Counted from the first letter of the stretch, positions 16,792 to 26,617 are shown. The stretch is DNA of 64,000 nt from Patescibacteria group bacterium (GCA_041661685.1 JBAZTY010000003.1:4606-68605), one strand, 5' to 3'. Made by a program: numbers and translations. Notes: generated by a model from the letters alone, not told the origin.

Positions 16792-18219
16792 ATGCTTAAA
16801 AATAAACATTCCCTGACAGAAGGGCCGATCATAAAATCCCTGCTAACCCTAGCCTTACCGATAATTATCGCTAATGTCTTCCAGGCCGCCTATCAGCTCA
16901 CGGATTCTTTCTGGGTCGGGCGCTTAGGCGAAAAGGCGGTCGCGTCTGTCGCTATCAGTTCCCCGATAATTTTTTTACTGACTTCTCTGGGCATAGGCTT
17001 CGCTGTCGCCGGTTCGACTCTGACTGCTCAATATTTCGGCGCTAAGAAAGAAAAGATGGTCAACCATTCGGCTGCTCAGACATTATTAATGGTCGGCTCG
17101 GTCTCTTTATTACTCAGCCTCATCGGCCTGATTTTCGCACCGCAAATACTGAAGATAATAGGCGCTCCGGCCGACATCTATGCAACCGCACTCAGCTATA
17201 TGCGCGTCGTCTTCATCGGGCTTCTGCCTAATTTCTGCTTCTTCATGTTTCAATCCATCATGCGTAGCATCGGCAAGCCAGCCTTGCCGGTCTATATCGT
17301 CATCGGTACAGTTATCCTTAATTTTATTCTTGATCCCTTATTCATGTTCGGCTGGGGCTTTATTCCGCGCTTAGAAGTTTCCGGCGTCGCTTTTGCAACT
17401 TTAATAACGCAGACTTTAGCGGCCGTTATCGGCTTCGCTATCCTCTTCTCCGGCAAGCGCGGCATCCATTTAAAATTAAAAGATCTTATCCCTGACAAAA
17501 AATTCATCTCTCGCTCTTTCTTTCTAGGACTCCCGGCCTCAATCGAGCAATCCGCTCGCAGCCTCGGCATGGTCGTTATGACTTCTTTGATTGCCGGCTT
17601 CGGGACTTTGGCGGTCGCCTCTTACGGCGCCGCTTCCAATATTATCCAACTGATCATCATCGTTTCCATCGGCCTATCCGCTTCGACCGCGACGCTGGCG
17701 GGGCAAAATATCGGTGCCGGCAATATCGACAGAGCCGAACGCATCGTCAGCCTGAGCATGCGAATATCATTCATCGGCCTATCTATCGCGGGGCTGATGA
17801 CTTACTTCTTCGCGCCCGCTCTAATCGCTTTCTTCGTGCCTAATGACCCGGCTATTATCGCCGGCGGCGCCGCTTTCTTGCGGATTCTCGCTTTCAGTTT
17901 CGGCCTCATCGGCATCCAAATGTCAGTCAACGCGATCATGCAAGCGTCCGGCAATACCCTGACTTCAATGATTATTACCCTGACTTCACAATGGGCGCTA
18001 CAACTGCCCCTCGCTTTTGTGCTTTCCAGATACACACCGCTAGGCATAAGCGGCCTTTGGTATGCTTTCCCTGCGACCAATATCCTGATCGCCCTGATCG
18101 CTTTTCTTACCTTCAAGACCGGAAAATGGAAAAAGAAGCGCCTGACAGCTAATGACAAGCTCGCATCGGAAATATCAGAAAATATCCAGACCGAGGAACT
18201 AGTCCCTTACGATGCCTAA
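16792..18219 (+). CDS. MATE family efflux transporter
   Basis: The N-terminal LTEGPIIKSLLTLALPIIIANVFQAAYQLTDSFWVGRLG and a ~12-TM hydrophobic profile are typical of MATE/NorM-like pumps. The ATG at 16792 is preferred over 16771. Confidence 0.85.
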   Translation: MLKNKHSLTEGPIIKSLLTLALPIIIANVFQAAYQLTDSFWVGRLGEKAVASVAISSPIIFLLTSLGIGFAVAGSTLTAQYFGAKKEKMVNHSAAQTLLMVGSVSLLLSLIGLIFAPQILKIIGAPADIYATALSYMRVVFIGLLPNFCFFMFQSIMRSIGKPALPVYIVIGTVILNFILDPLFMFGWGFIPRLEVSGVAFATLITQTLAAVIGFAILFSGKRGIHLKLKDLIPDKKFISRSFFLGLPASIEQSARSLGMVVMTSLIAGFGTLAVASYGAASNIIQLIIIVSIGLSASTATLAGQNIGAGNIDRAERIVSLSMRISFIGLSIAGLMTYFFAPALIAFFVPNDPAIIAGGAAFLRILAFSFGLIGIQMSVNAIMQASGNTLTSMIITLTSQWALQLPLAFVLSRYTPLGISGLWYAFPATNILIALIAFLTFKTGKWKKKRLTANDKLASEISENIQTEELVPYDA

Positions 18220-18383
18220 TCGATAGACTGAAAAAAATCACAATGTGCGCCTGCTGGTACCTCGCTCTGAGCCTCCGAGCAGAAGCCTTTCCCGTTTTCG
18301 GAAGTAAAACTCGCGCAATGGCGGCATTGGCTCATTTCATTAGGCCAATCAGCTATGAATTCCGCCTCGATTTCGTGAGACAT
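18216..18383 (-). CDS. small Cys-rich protein (55 aa), HiPIP-like Cys spacing
   Basis: Hand translation: MSHEIEAEFIADWPNEMSQCRHCASFTSENGKGFCSEAQSEVPAGAHCDFFQSID. It starts 17 nt after the kinase stop on the same strand. It competes with the plus-strand track ORF 18243..18452. Confidence 0.35.
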   Translation of the reverse strand: MSHEIEAEFIADWPNEMSQCRHCASFTSENGKGFCSEAQSEVPAGAHCDFFQSID

Positions 18384-18400
18384 AAATTTATTAATCTAAT

Positions 18401-20350
18401 CTATTTCTTATCTTTAGTGACAACCGGAGTCTTGGCTAACGGAGCTGCCTGAACTAGCGGCAGAGTGAAGAAGAAGGTCGCGCCTTGGCCGAGCTCGCTA
18501 ATAACTCCTATCCGTCCGCCCAGGCTCTCGATATTCTGCTTACAAATATAAAGTCCTAGGCCCATGCCGTCCTGTGAGCGGGAAAGAGACGGCTCAAGCT
18601 GAGAAAATTTCAAAAACAAGCTCTTCTGTTTCTCCTTAGATATTCCCTGGCCAGCGCCGGTGACAGCCAAGCGGACAGTGTCCGCATCAGGTTTAGCTAC
18701 CGCAACAGTTATGGTCTGATTCTTCGGTCCATATTTAACGGCATTGTCGACGAAATTATAGACGACTTGCGAAATTTTTAGCTTATCGCCAGTCATTTTA
18801 ATGCCTTTAGCCTGGATATCGAAGGCGACTTTCGAATCGGATCGCTTCGCTAATACCCCCAAAGACGTTTCCATTGATAATACTAGCTCATCAAAGACTA
18901 ATTTCTCCAAAGTGACCGCGGTTTTCCCAATCTCATTGCGGCTGGCGGTAAGCATCGTCTTAATAAGATTAGTTAATTTCAAGCCCTCCGCATGGATAAG
19001 AGAAATAAAGCCTTTATAATCTTCCGGCATGGTCTTTGGTTGCTTCTCCATAACCTCGGACAAACCGACAATAGAGATAAGTGGAGTCTTGAGCTCATGA
19101 GTCGCAATATTTAAAACCTCGTTCTTCAGGCGGTCGACTTCTTTTAATTGATTGATGGTCACCTTGGCGGCGGCGAGCTCCGTCACATCCACGCCAGTGC
19201 CCAGTATCGCCTGCGAAATATTATTATCGTTCTTCAAGATACTAAAATGCCAGACTATATTCTTCTCTGACTTATCCTTGGCTATAAGCACGTTCTCGAT
19301 CTTGTCGCTCGGAGAGATATCTCCGACCAGAAAATTCAAAAGGCTGCGAGTATTAGTCTGATCGGCCTTCTTGACGAAGAGGCTGACCCAATCCTTCCCC
19401 ATAATGTCTCCGGCTTCGATTTTCAGGATTTCCCGGCCTTTCTTGTTTATGAGCAAGACATTATTATTAACATCAAAGATCAAGACGAGAACGCCGGCAA
19501 CATCCAGATATTGCTGCAATTTCCTCTTTTCCGACTTCAAGTGATTGCGTGAATTCTTTATCTCCGTATTATATTCCTGTAATTTTTGGACACTCGACTT
19601 TAAAGAGATGATCATTGTATGAAAAGAATTGGCTAAGATGGCAAATTCATCGTTACCTTCCAGGAGCGCCTTGTCCACCTCCACATCAAGATTTCCGCCT
19701 TCAATCACCCAAGCCAATTTAGTCAGCTTGATAAGCGGCATAATTAGCTTGTCGGAAAAGAAGAAGGCATACCAAATGCAGCCGCCGGTCGTAAGCACTA
19801 AGAGTAAGATAGCCAGCAACACGCTGATAAGATTAATCCGGTCAATCTCGACCTGTAAGTTCTTGGCATATTCGAACTCCTCTAAAAGCAGCTTATTGAC
19901 GTTCTCCTGGACGAAAGTGTTCTTTCGGCTCGCGGCCTCGTAGCGGCTCACCGCTTCTAAATAATCGCCAGCGCTTAAATTATTGACGCCGATCTCGATA
20001 TCGAACATGACGTCATTGATATTATTTTCCAGGCCATTAAACACCACGCGGCTTTTATTATTGACTATGGACTGGTTGAGCCGAGCCAGAATATTTTTAG
20101 TATCGGAATAAATGAGGTTAAAACGGCTTATTTCCGCGCTGTCAAAGGGCGATTTAATGCGCTTATCGAAAGAAGATACTAAGTTAGAGCTATCACCGAT
20201 GAGCGTGAATTCTGAGATCATGTTGGTAGCCAGATTGCGATATTTCGATAAGATTAGGCGATCCATGGAAATAAAAAAGCTTTCCGAAATCAACAAGACC
20301 GCGATGATGGTAAAGAATGATATTAATATTTTTTTCTTAATATTCTGCAT
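18401..20350 (-). CDS. membrane sensor histidine kinase (extracytoplasmic domain, HAMP, PAS, HisKA, HATPase_c)
   Basis: H-box ATHELKTPL, N-box NFVDNAVKYGP, G-boxes GAGQGI and GMGLGLYICK. Two TM segments flank a ~150-aa outer domain. Confidence 0.85.
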   Translation of the reverse strand: MQNIKKKILISFFTIIAVLLISESFFISMDRLILSKYRNLATNMISEFTLIGDSSNLVSSFDKRIKSPFDSAEISRFNLIYSDTKNILARLNQSIVNNKSRVVFNGLENNINDVMFDIEIGVNNLSAGDYLEAVSRYEAASRKNTFVQENVNKLLLEEFEYAKNLQVEIDRINLISVLLAILLLVLTTGGCIWYAFFFSDKLIMPLIKLTKLAWVIEGGNLDVEVDKALLEGNDEFAILANSFHTMIISLKSSVQKLQEYNTEIKNSRNHLKSEKRKLQQYLDVAGVLVLIFDVNNNVLLINKKGREILKIEAGDIMGKDWVSLFVKKADQTNTRSLLNFLVGDISPSDKIENVLIAKDKSEKNIVWHFSILKNDNNISQAILGTGVDVTELAAAKVTINQLKEVDRLKNEVLNIATHELKTPLISIVGLSEVMEKQPKTMPEDYKGFISLIHAEGLKLTNLIKTMLTASRNEIGKTAVTLEKLVFDELVLSMETSLGVLAKRSDSKVAFDIQAKGIKMTGDKLKISQVVYNFVDNAVKYGPKNQTITVAVAKPDADTVRLAVTGAGQGISKEKQKSLFLKFSQLEPSLSRSQDGMGLGLYICKQNIESLGGRIGVISELGQGATFFFTLPLVQAAPLAKTPVVTKDKK

Positions 20351-20371
20351 ATGGCGCTGCCGGAGTTTTTT

Positions 20372-21418
20372 TTATTGCTTAACCGACTTATAAACTTCAT
20401 CATAAGTATAGAACCCGTCTTTGACGACCGTACCCATTATATTCTTCTTACTCACCATGCTCGGCTTAAAAAAATACGAAGGCACTTTAATCATCCCATT
20501 ATCAACCACGTTAGTGACTTCCATGGCATCGCCTTTAACGAGCGCGACGGCGCTTTCGGCGGCTTTATAGGCCAGAGAGCTGATGGGCTTATAGACAGTA
20601 GAAAACTGGGTGCCGGCGACAATCCTTTGCACGGCCGAGAGATCAGCATCTTGGCCGGAAACCAAGACTTTCCCGTCCAACCCCTTTTCTTTAAGGGCTT
20701 GAATGACGCCGGAAGCGATACCGTCGTTAGCGGCTATGACCGCATCGACTGTCTGCCCGGAATCGAGATATTCTTTCATCGTCTTATAAGCTTCTTCCGG
20801 TTTCCAATCGTCAGTAAACTTATCGACGACCAACTCTATTTTTCCGCTGTCAATCCCAGAGGCAAGGGCATCCATCGTCCCATCCCGCAACAAATAAGAA
20901 TTATTATCGGCCGGCGAGCCGCCGATATAAGCTAAGCGCCCGTGGTCTATCACGGACAAAATGCTCTCCGCTTGCAATTGCCCGGCCATGAAGTTATCGA
21001 ACGATATATACAGATCGATATCACTATCTTTTATCAAGCGATCGTAAGAAATCACTTTTATCCCGGCCTGTTTAGCCTTCTCTATCGCCGGCCAAATAGT
21101 TTCCGAATTAGACGGCATGACAACTATCGCGCCCACGCCCTGGCTTATAAGGCTTTCAATCTGCAAAATCTCTCTCTCGATATTATAGTCAGAAGAAACG
21201 ACACTCACTTCCGCCCCCAATTCCTGGGCTCTCTTCACGAACAACTCCCGGTCCTTAGTCCATCTCTCTTCACGGGTAGCGCCCATGGAAAAACCGATGA
21301 TTATCAGTTTTTCGCCAGCCAAATATATCTGTTTTTCGTTCAATAAGCGATTAAAATAATAAATGCCGCCCGCGACCAGCACGGCTAGAAGAACCAGAAC
21401 TGCTATGATTTTTTTCAT
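20372..21418 (-). CDS. XylF-like periplasmic sugar-binding protein (membrane-anchored)
   Basis: Colinear similarity to E. coli XylF as I recall it (ERW.KDR..FVK.A..LGA.V, YDRLI.D.DID.YISFDN, SGQDADL, TVYKP). An N-terminal TM anchor replaces a cleavable signal. Confidence 0.8.
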   Translation of the reverse strand: MKKIIAVLVLLAVLVAGGIYYFNRLLNEKQIYLAGEKLIIIGFSMGATREERWTKDRELFVKRAQELGAEVSVVSSDYNIEREILQIESLISQGVGAIVVMPSNSETIWPAIEKAKQAGIKVISYDRLIKDSDIDLYISFDNFMAGQLQAESILSVIDHGRLAYIGGSPADNNSYLLRDGTMDALASGIDSGKIELVVDKFTDDWKPEEAYKTMKEYLDSGQTVDAVIAANDGIASGVIQALKEKGLDGKVLVSGQDADLSAVQRIVAGTQFSTVYKPISSLAYKAAESAVALVKGDAMEVTNVVDNGMIKVPSYFFKPSMVSKKNIMGTVVKDGFYTYDEVYKSVKQ

Positions 21419-21421
21419 ATA

Positions 21422-22228
21422 TTAAAGCTTGATCCACTTCGCCTCTATCTTTTCGAGGGCCCCATCCTCTCCAATATCCTGCAAGATAGAATTAATCTTC
21501 TGCATCAGAGACTCATTGCCGATCTTAGTTATAATTCCATAATTCTCTTTAGTAAAAGGCACTCCGACTATCTTCAGGCCCGGGTACTCTTTTATCATAT
21601 CAAGCGCCTGGATGTAGTCGACTATGATTACATCGAATTTTCCGCTTCTGAGATCGTCGATGATGCCGAGGCTGCCGTTGATCTTATCGAAGTTAAGATA
21701 GGGATATATCAGGCTGGCAGATGTATATCTTTTAGCCTCGTTATAACCAGTGGTATCCTTCTGGGCGGCGATTTTCCTATCCTCCAGATCAGCGATACCT
21801 TTTATCTCCTGATTGTCAGAGAGCGCGACTATTACCTGCCCGCCATTGAAATAAGGGCGGCTAAAAAAAACTTCTTTCTGGCGCTCAGGGGTTATGGTGA
21901 TGCTAGAAATTGCCAAATCAACCTCGCCGCTCTTGACCGCGGTAAATAATTCATCCCAGCCGTAGTTGTTCAGCTCTAACGTTACGCCTAAACGAGAAGC
22001 GATTTCTTGAGCAATATCAATATCGATGCCAACCGGCTTATTATTTTCATCAAAGCGCTCCATAACGCCAAAAGGCAGATTGCTTCCGACTTTTAGAACT
22101 TCTCTTTTTTTGATATCAGCCAAGGAACTATCGGCCGTTTTAAAATTGCCATACCATAACCATGCCCCCACAACTGTAGCAATTACTAAGACCGTTAAAA
22201 CAACGAAAAAGGTATTCTTTTTTTTCAT
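21422..22228 (-). CDS. family-3 solute-binding protein (amino-acid-type SBP)
   Basis: LKVGSNLPFGVMERFD, DIDIAQEIASRLG and ISSITITPERQKEVFFSRPYF are typical SBP_bac_3 patterns. It has an N-terminal TM/signal. Confidence 0.8.
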   Translation of the reverse strand: MKKKNTFFVVLTVLVIATVVGAWLWYGNFKTADSSLADIKKREVLKVGSNLPFGVMERFDENNKPVGIDIDIAQEIASRLGVTLELNNYGWDELFTAVKSGEVDLAISSITITPERQKEVFFSRPYFNGGQVIVALSDNQEIKGIADLEDRKIAAQKDTTGYNEAKRYTSASLIYPYLNFDKINGSLGIIDDLRSGKFDVIIVDYIQALDMIKEYPGLKIVGVPFTKENYGIITKIGNESLMQKINSILQDIGEDGALEKIEAKWIKL

Positions 22229-22393
22229 AAAATAATGCTGATTAAAGGCTCAGAGGCCCTGCTATCCCGTTATAGAACCAAGGCCCCAAAGGGATGGCTA
22301 TTAAACAATATCTAAAATAATTATACCATATTTCCAGCAATAAACAAAAAGGATTTCGGCGATTGCGAGCCACTAGATTTATCCGGTCAATTC

Positions 22394-22828
22394 ATGTTAT
22401 CCTGTGATTATATAAATCACGATATGAATATAAATTACCTCAAGAGCAGCTTTATTTTCTGGCGCAAGCTCATCAATGCCTGGTCATTCCTGTTCTTCGC
22501 CATGATCATAATAGACTTTGCCCACAATAATGCCTACGAAGATATCTTGAACGCGATAGCTACTATCTATATCACCGTCTTGGCAATCTATGTTAGCAAC
22601 AAGGAATTCGAGCGCTGGTATGACCGACACGAGGAAAGCCACCCCGGGGAAATATTTGTCATTATCTGGACTATTCTCATAATCGTACTCTTCATCCTTG
22701 ATCTTTTATACGGAAAAACTTATAGGTTGCCGGGGGCGGTAGTTTCCGCTTATATCGCCGTACTAACTATCTTAGTAATCACCCGGAAATCAAAGGAGTT
22801 ATACAAGCTACGGCGGCGGAAAAAATAA
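22394..22828 (+). CDS. hypothetical multi-TM membrane protein
   Basis: Four hydrophobic segments, followed by a strong terminator. The start is uncertain (an internal MNINYL is possible). Confidence 0.5.
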   Translation: MLSCDYINHDMNINYLKSSFIFWRKLINAWSFLFFAMIIIDFAHNNAYEDILNAIATIYITVLAIYVSNKEFERWYDRHEESHPGEIFVIIWTILIIVLFILDLLYGKTYRLPGAVVSAYIAVLTILVITRKSKELYKLRRRKK

Positions 22829-22830
22829 AA

Positions 22831-22858
22831 AACGGCCCGATAATTTGGGCCGTTTTTT
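22831..22858. terminator. bidirectional rho-independent terminator
   Basis: AACGGCCC / GGGCCGTT stem with an 8-nt loop, an A-run upstream and T4+ downstream. It lies between convergent genes. Confidence 0.75.
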
Positions 22859-22877
22859 ATATCTTACTATCAAAAAT

Positions 22878-23261
22878 TTAAAAACAGCTCTTAGCTTTCA
22901 AATAATCGCTGACGGAAGGAGCTGCCCCTGATTTTATCTGGGTGACTCTTTCTTGTCCTAAAAATTCGACAGTGCATTTCTCCTGAGCCGGAGTTATGGC
23001 CGTCGGCACGGTCTTCAGATCGACACCTAAAGTCTGGAGCGTCTTTTCCTGGGATGGCGACAAGAGGGGATGATCATAGGTTGTCTCAGAACTCTGGCCC
23101 GCTTGACCGAAGAGGTCGGCGCTTATGCCTAAAGGCTTCTTGATTATCACGTAAGCGACGAGCAGAATGGCGAGAAATATGAAAACGACCGCAATGATAC
23201 CGACGATCATGAAGAATTTTTTCAGAATCAAGAACCTGCCCGGCTTCTGGTTTTCAGACAT
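22878..23261 (-). CDS. membrane-anchored hypothetical protein (127 aa)
   Basis: Single N-terminal TM (FFMIVGIIAVVFIFLAILLVAYVII). No family recognised. Confidence 0.55.
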   Translation of the reverse strand: MSENQKPGRFLILKKFFMIVGIIAVVFIFLAILLVAYVIIKKPLGISADLFGQAGQSSETTYDHPLLSPSQEKTLQTLGVDLKTVPTAITPAQEKCTVEFLGQERVTQIKSGAAPSVSDYLKAKSCF

Positions 23262-23297
23262 ATTTTTATATTTACCGGGATAGCCCGGACATCCTAA

Positions 23298-24194
23298 TTA
23301 TTTAACGAATAATCTATTGAGCCAGCCAAACAGGCTAGCCCCTTCCTGAGCTTTTGCCAAAGATTCACCAATCTCTAAATTGGCGCGTTCAAGAAGATTG
23401 ATCTGCTCCGTCAACTGCTGCTGATCGCCCTGGTTAGCGAGTAGATTCTTAACTTGATTCAATTGCTTTATCTGCTCGCGATTCTGCTCTAATGTCTTTT
23501 CGGCATTATTTATTTCGCCATAATTAGGGCCGAAAAAGAATTTAGCCAGAGCGCCCCGATTTTGCACCTTAGCTAGGCTCGTCTCTATTTTCTCCTGATT
23601 CTGCGTCTGAGCCTGAGCGATCGTCTTTATCTGCTGGCCAATTCCGCCGTTCCTTTCAGAAATCTGCAGCATCGTTTGCACGGCGCTGGCAACCTGGCTC
23701 CTTCTTTGCTGAGCAATGGCCGATCCTGACTGATTCTGGGCTTGAGTACTAGTTCCGCTGCCATCCTGCAACTTCTGTTGCGCTTGCTGTCTAGCTTGGA
23801 CAGCAGAACTTGTCCCGGATTGAGCGGCGTTTCCAGCCTGAACCTGCGCATTATTCCCTGCTTGATTCTGGGCATTGGCACCCTGATTAACGGTTTGAAC
23901 CTGAGCCTTAACTTGGCTGCCAGCTCCGCTGCCGTCCTGAAGTTTCTGCTGAACCTGCGTCTGGACGGGCGCGACGGCTTTCGGGGCCGCTTGATTTACG
24001 GCATCGCCGCTTTGGATCCTTTCTTCGGTCATGGTCTGAACGTTTGTTTCTTCCCCCTGATTGGCGGTCTGAGCCTGAACCTGAGTCTTAACCTGGGCTT
24101 GTGCTGTGACGCCACTCTGACTAGCGGCATAAACACCGCCGGCTAAAGCAATCGCGGTCACCGCAATGCCGGCGACTAGAATTTTTTTGTTCAT
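23298..24194 (-). CDS. secreted Gln/Ala-rich repeat protein
   Basis: Signal peptide. The QQKLQDGSG segment is duplicated and runs of QAQ/VQT are low-complexity. The C-terminal part looks coiled-coil-like. Confidence 0.6.
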   Translation of the reverse strand: MNKKILVAGIAVTAIALAGGVYAASQSGVTAQAQVKTQVQAQTANQGEETNVQTMTEERIQSGDAVNQAAPKAVAPVQTQVQQKLQDGSGAGSQVKAQVQTVNQGANAQNQAGNNAQVQAGNAAQSGTSSAVQARQQAQQKLQDGSGTSTQAQNQSGSAIAQQRRSQVASAVQTMLQISERNGGIGQQIKTIAQAQTQNQEKIETSLAKVQNRGALAKFFFGPNYGEINNAEKTLEQNREQIKQLNQVKNLLANQGDQQQLTEQINLLERANLEIGESLAKAQEGASLFGWLNRLFVK

Positions 24195-24520
24195 ATTTTT
24201 TCCCCACTAAGCCCGTTTGGCAATTTAGCACAAACAAAGCATTGTGGATTAATTAACTACGAAAGTTTATTTATTATAGCATATTTTCCAAAAAACTGGA
24301 AAATTACCAAGCCGGCTCGATATTCCATATCAAACACGATGTTTAAATTTCGAGAGCCGTACCAAAATGCCAACAAAAAATTAGCTAAGATTAAATTCAA
24401 AGAACCATTTAAAGTCTTAACCAATTGCGCCGAAAATCACGATATTGACAATCTGCGGAGTGTTAGGGACTATGTCCGAACCGAAAAGAGAGAAAATACC
24501 AATGATTTTAAATAAATTAA

Positions 24521-25726
24521 CTATTTTAAATTTCTTATTAAAATATCCAAGCCCTCGTCTAAGAGTTCTTGCGGAATATTAAGTGGCGGCATAATTTGCA
24601 TGTTATTTCCACTACCCACAACCACATGAAGTCCATCAGCAAAACAGGCTTTCTGTATTTTTGAACACGTCTCAGCATCTTTAAATTGGGCACCAATTTC
24701 CGACCCCATTCCTCGCACATCAACCAAAATCTCTCCAATATGAGCTCTTAATTTTTCTTTTATATGACTTCCTTTTTTCTCCGCCATTTCCCAGGTTTTA
24801 TCTCTTAAATGAATTTGTAGTACTTTTAAAGATGCGGCACAGGCAATCGGAGCCCAACCAAAAGTTGAGACTAAAATCGATTCAGAAAAAGATTTTTCAA
24901 ATATTTTTGATTTACCAACAACGGCACCAATTGCAGATGCCCCATTAGATATTCCCTTAGCCAAAGCAATCATATCAGGAACAACATTTTCATGCTGTAT
25001 CCCAAAAAGCTTTCCGGTTCTAGATAACCCCGTTCCAACTTCATCAACGATAAGAAGTGTTCCGTATTTTAAAGTGAGTTCTCGAAGTTTTGTCAAAAAA
25101 CCAGGATAGGCGATTAGGGTTGAGCCCCAACCGGTAATAATTCCAGGCTCTGTGACAACAGCGGCGACATCTTTCTTGGTGAGTATTTCTTCAAAATCTA
25201 AAAGAAATTTTTGCCAATCTACTTCACTGATTTTATTATGAGGAAAAACAATAGGCGCAATCTCCGGAACTAAAGGTTCAAGTTTTGAATGAGAACCTTT
25301 TGGATAGCCAATTGCCAGAGTGGCAAATAGTTGCCCATGATATTGGGAATTAAAACCAATAATCTTACTTCTCCCTGTATACACGCGGGCGACTTTGATT
25401 GCCGCTTCTACAGATTCAGTCCCGCTAGTTTCTTTAATGCAGGCGTCCAACTCTTTAGGCAAAACTCCAGTTAGCGCCTTAGCATACTCCTCTTGAATCG
25501 GATCAGAACCCCAGAGAAGTCCTTGCACATTTTTCTTTACTTGTTCAATTATCGCTTCATTAACTTCGGGATGATTCCAGCCTAAATTAGTGACATTCCA
25601 AGCGGATGAAAAATCAATATATTTTTTTCCGTCTCTATCCCAAATCAAAGAACCTTCGGCTTTTGAGAGCGGAAGATAATCATATTTTCCCTTAAAATCT
25701 CGATAAACAATGCTATTTTCTATCAT
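24521..25726 (-). CDS. class-III PLP-dependent aminotransferase
   Basis: GTESVEAAIKVAR, LIVDEVGTGLSRTGKLFG and ALAKGISNG (PLP-Lys region) fit the acetylornithine/GABA aminotransferase family. The gene is visibly more AT-rich than its neighbours. Confidence 0.85.
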   Translation of the reverse strand: MIENSIVYRDFKGKYDYLPLSKAEGSLIWDRDGKKYIDFSSAWNVTNLGWNHPEVNEAIIEQVKKNVQGLLWGSDPIQEEYAKALTGVLPKELDACIKETSGTESVEAAIKVARVYTGRSKIIGFNSQYHGQLFATLAIGYPKGSHSKLEPLVPEIAPIVFPHNKISEVDWQKFLLDFEEILTKKDVAAVVTEPGIITGWGSTLIAYPGFLTKLRELTLKYGTLLIVDEVGTGLSRTGKLFGIQHENVVPDMIALAKGISNGASAIGAVVGKSKIFEKSFSESILVSTFGWAPIACAASLKVLQIHLRDKTWEMAEKKGSHIKEKLRAHIGEILVDVRGMGSEIGAQFKDAETCSKIQKACFADGLHVVVGSGNNMQIMPPLNIPQELLDEGLDILIRNLK

Positions 25727-25809
25727 ATGTGGTTATTTTATTACTTATATTAAGTATAGGCTATTTTGGCATATTCTCAAAATGTTTTAGTGATGTTATA
25801 CTAATTAAC

Positions 25810-26289
25810 ATGGAAAATTTAGCCAACTACCAAAATTTAAAAGAATCAGCTCAGGAAGTATATAATAATATTAATTCTGTCTTTTCGCCTGTTTTGCAAG
25901 CAAAAATTACTTTTCCGGCTGAAGGTTTTAATCACATAATCTTTAAAAATGCTAGATCAGAAAGAGAAAGACCTTCACAAATACTACGATTCAAACTACT
26001 GCCTCTAGCAAAAAGACTTATAGAAATATCTACTACTCATCAAGAATACGAGGAAATATCAAGAGAATTTATTGTTAAAAAATATAAGAAAAAAGTACGG
26101 GAAAATAAGTCCGTCAAATATTGGGGCATAATCGCCATCATTGATAAAAGAAAAATAAAAGTCATTGTCAGGAAAATAGGTGATAATGGATCTCTGCATT
26201 TTTGGAGTGTAATTCCCACCTGGACCACTAACAAATATCGAGACGCCAGGTTTTTTACCACAATGAAAGGCTGTCCCGAAGAAGACTAG
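25810..26289 (+). CDS. hypothetical protein (159 aa from MENLANY)
   Basis: ORF in the AT-rich patch. The track start at 25729 adds an implausible hydrophobic leader abutting the divergent gene. A hairpin lies downstream. Confidence 0.45.
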   Translation: MENLANYQNLKESAQEVYNNINSVFSPVLQAKITFPAEGFNHIIFKNARSERERPSQILRFKLLPLAKRLIEISTTHQEYEEISREFIVKKYKKKVRENKSVKYWGIIAIIDKRKIKVIVRKIGDNGSLHFWSVIPTWTTNKYRDARFFTTMKGCPEED

Positions 26290-26442
26290 TTTAATATATA
26301 TAATAAAAAAGGCTTCATTTCTGAAGTCTTTTTTATTATGCCTGCCTTCGGCTTATGATTTTAGCCGAATAGGGCTGACGCCCCACAAGCATATTATTAT
26401 AATACACAATTTTTGGTCGGAAGTCAATAAAATTTTTGACGC

Positions 26443-26617
26443 AGGCTCGAACTGGACTTTGGAACATAAAAAACTTGAAATGTTAGCTTATAAATGGTTA
26501 ATGCCGATACAAAAATCGCAAACACTCCTTAACGACGAAATAGCAAGGTTCGAACTGAGAAATACCCCCATAACAAAAGGACGAAATGAGCTTTTATGCC
26601 TACTTCGTCCTACTCTG
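26443..26617 (+). pseudogene. 3' fragment of a serine recombinase gene (direct repeat copy 2)
   Basis: It matches 15531..15705 with 4 substitutions and encodes only the last ~58 residues before the tRNA. No upstream recombinase sequence is present. Confidence 0.7.

Noticed and set aside
18243-18452. 69-aa plus-strand ORF between the MATE gene and the kinase
   Set aside because: It overlaps the kinase 3' end and has no motif. The opposite-strand 55-aa Cys-rich ORF is better placed in the operon. Neither frame is proven.
22236-22393. Possible structured 5' UTR upstream of the SBP-kinase operon (GGGAT/ATCCC and GGCC pairings)
   Set aside because: Only short, ambiguous complementarities are present. 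There is no terminator, no known riboswitch motif and nothing I can substantiate by eye.
24339-24515. 58-aa plus-strand ORF (MFKFREPYQNANKK...) in the AT-rich intergenic region
   Set aside because: It is below the track cutoff and has no RBS or motif I recognise. In AT-poor-stop context it could be chance. It is mentioned only as possible island cargo.
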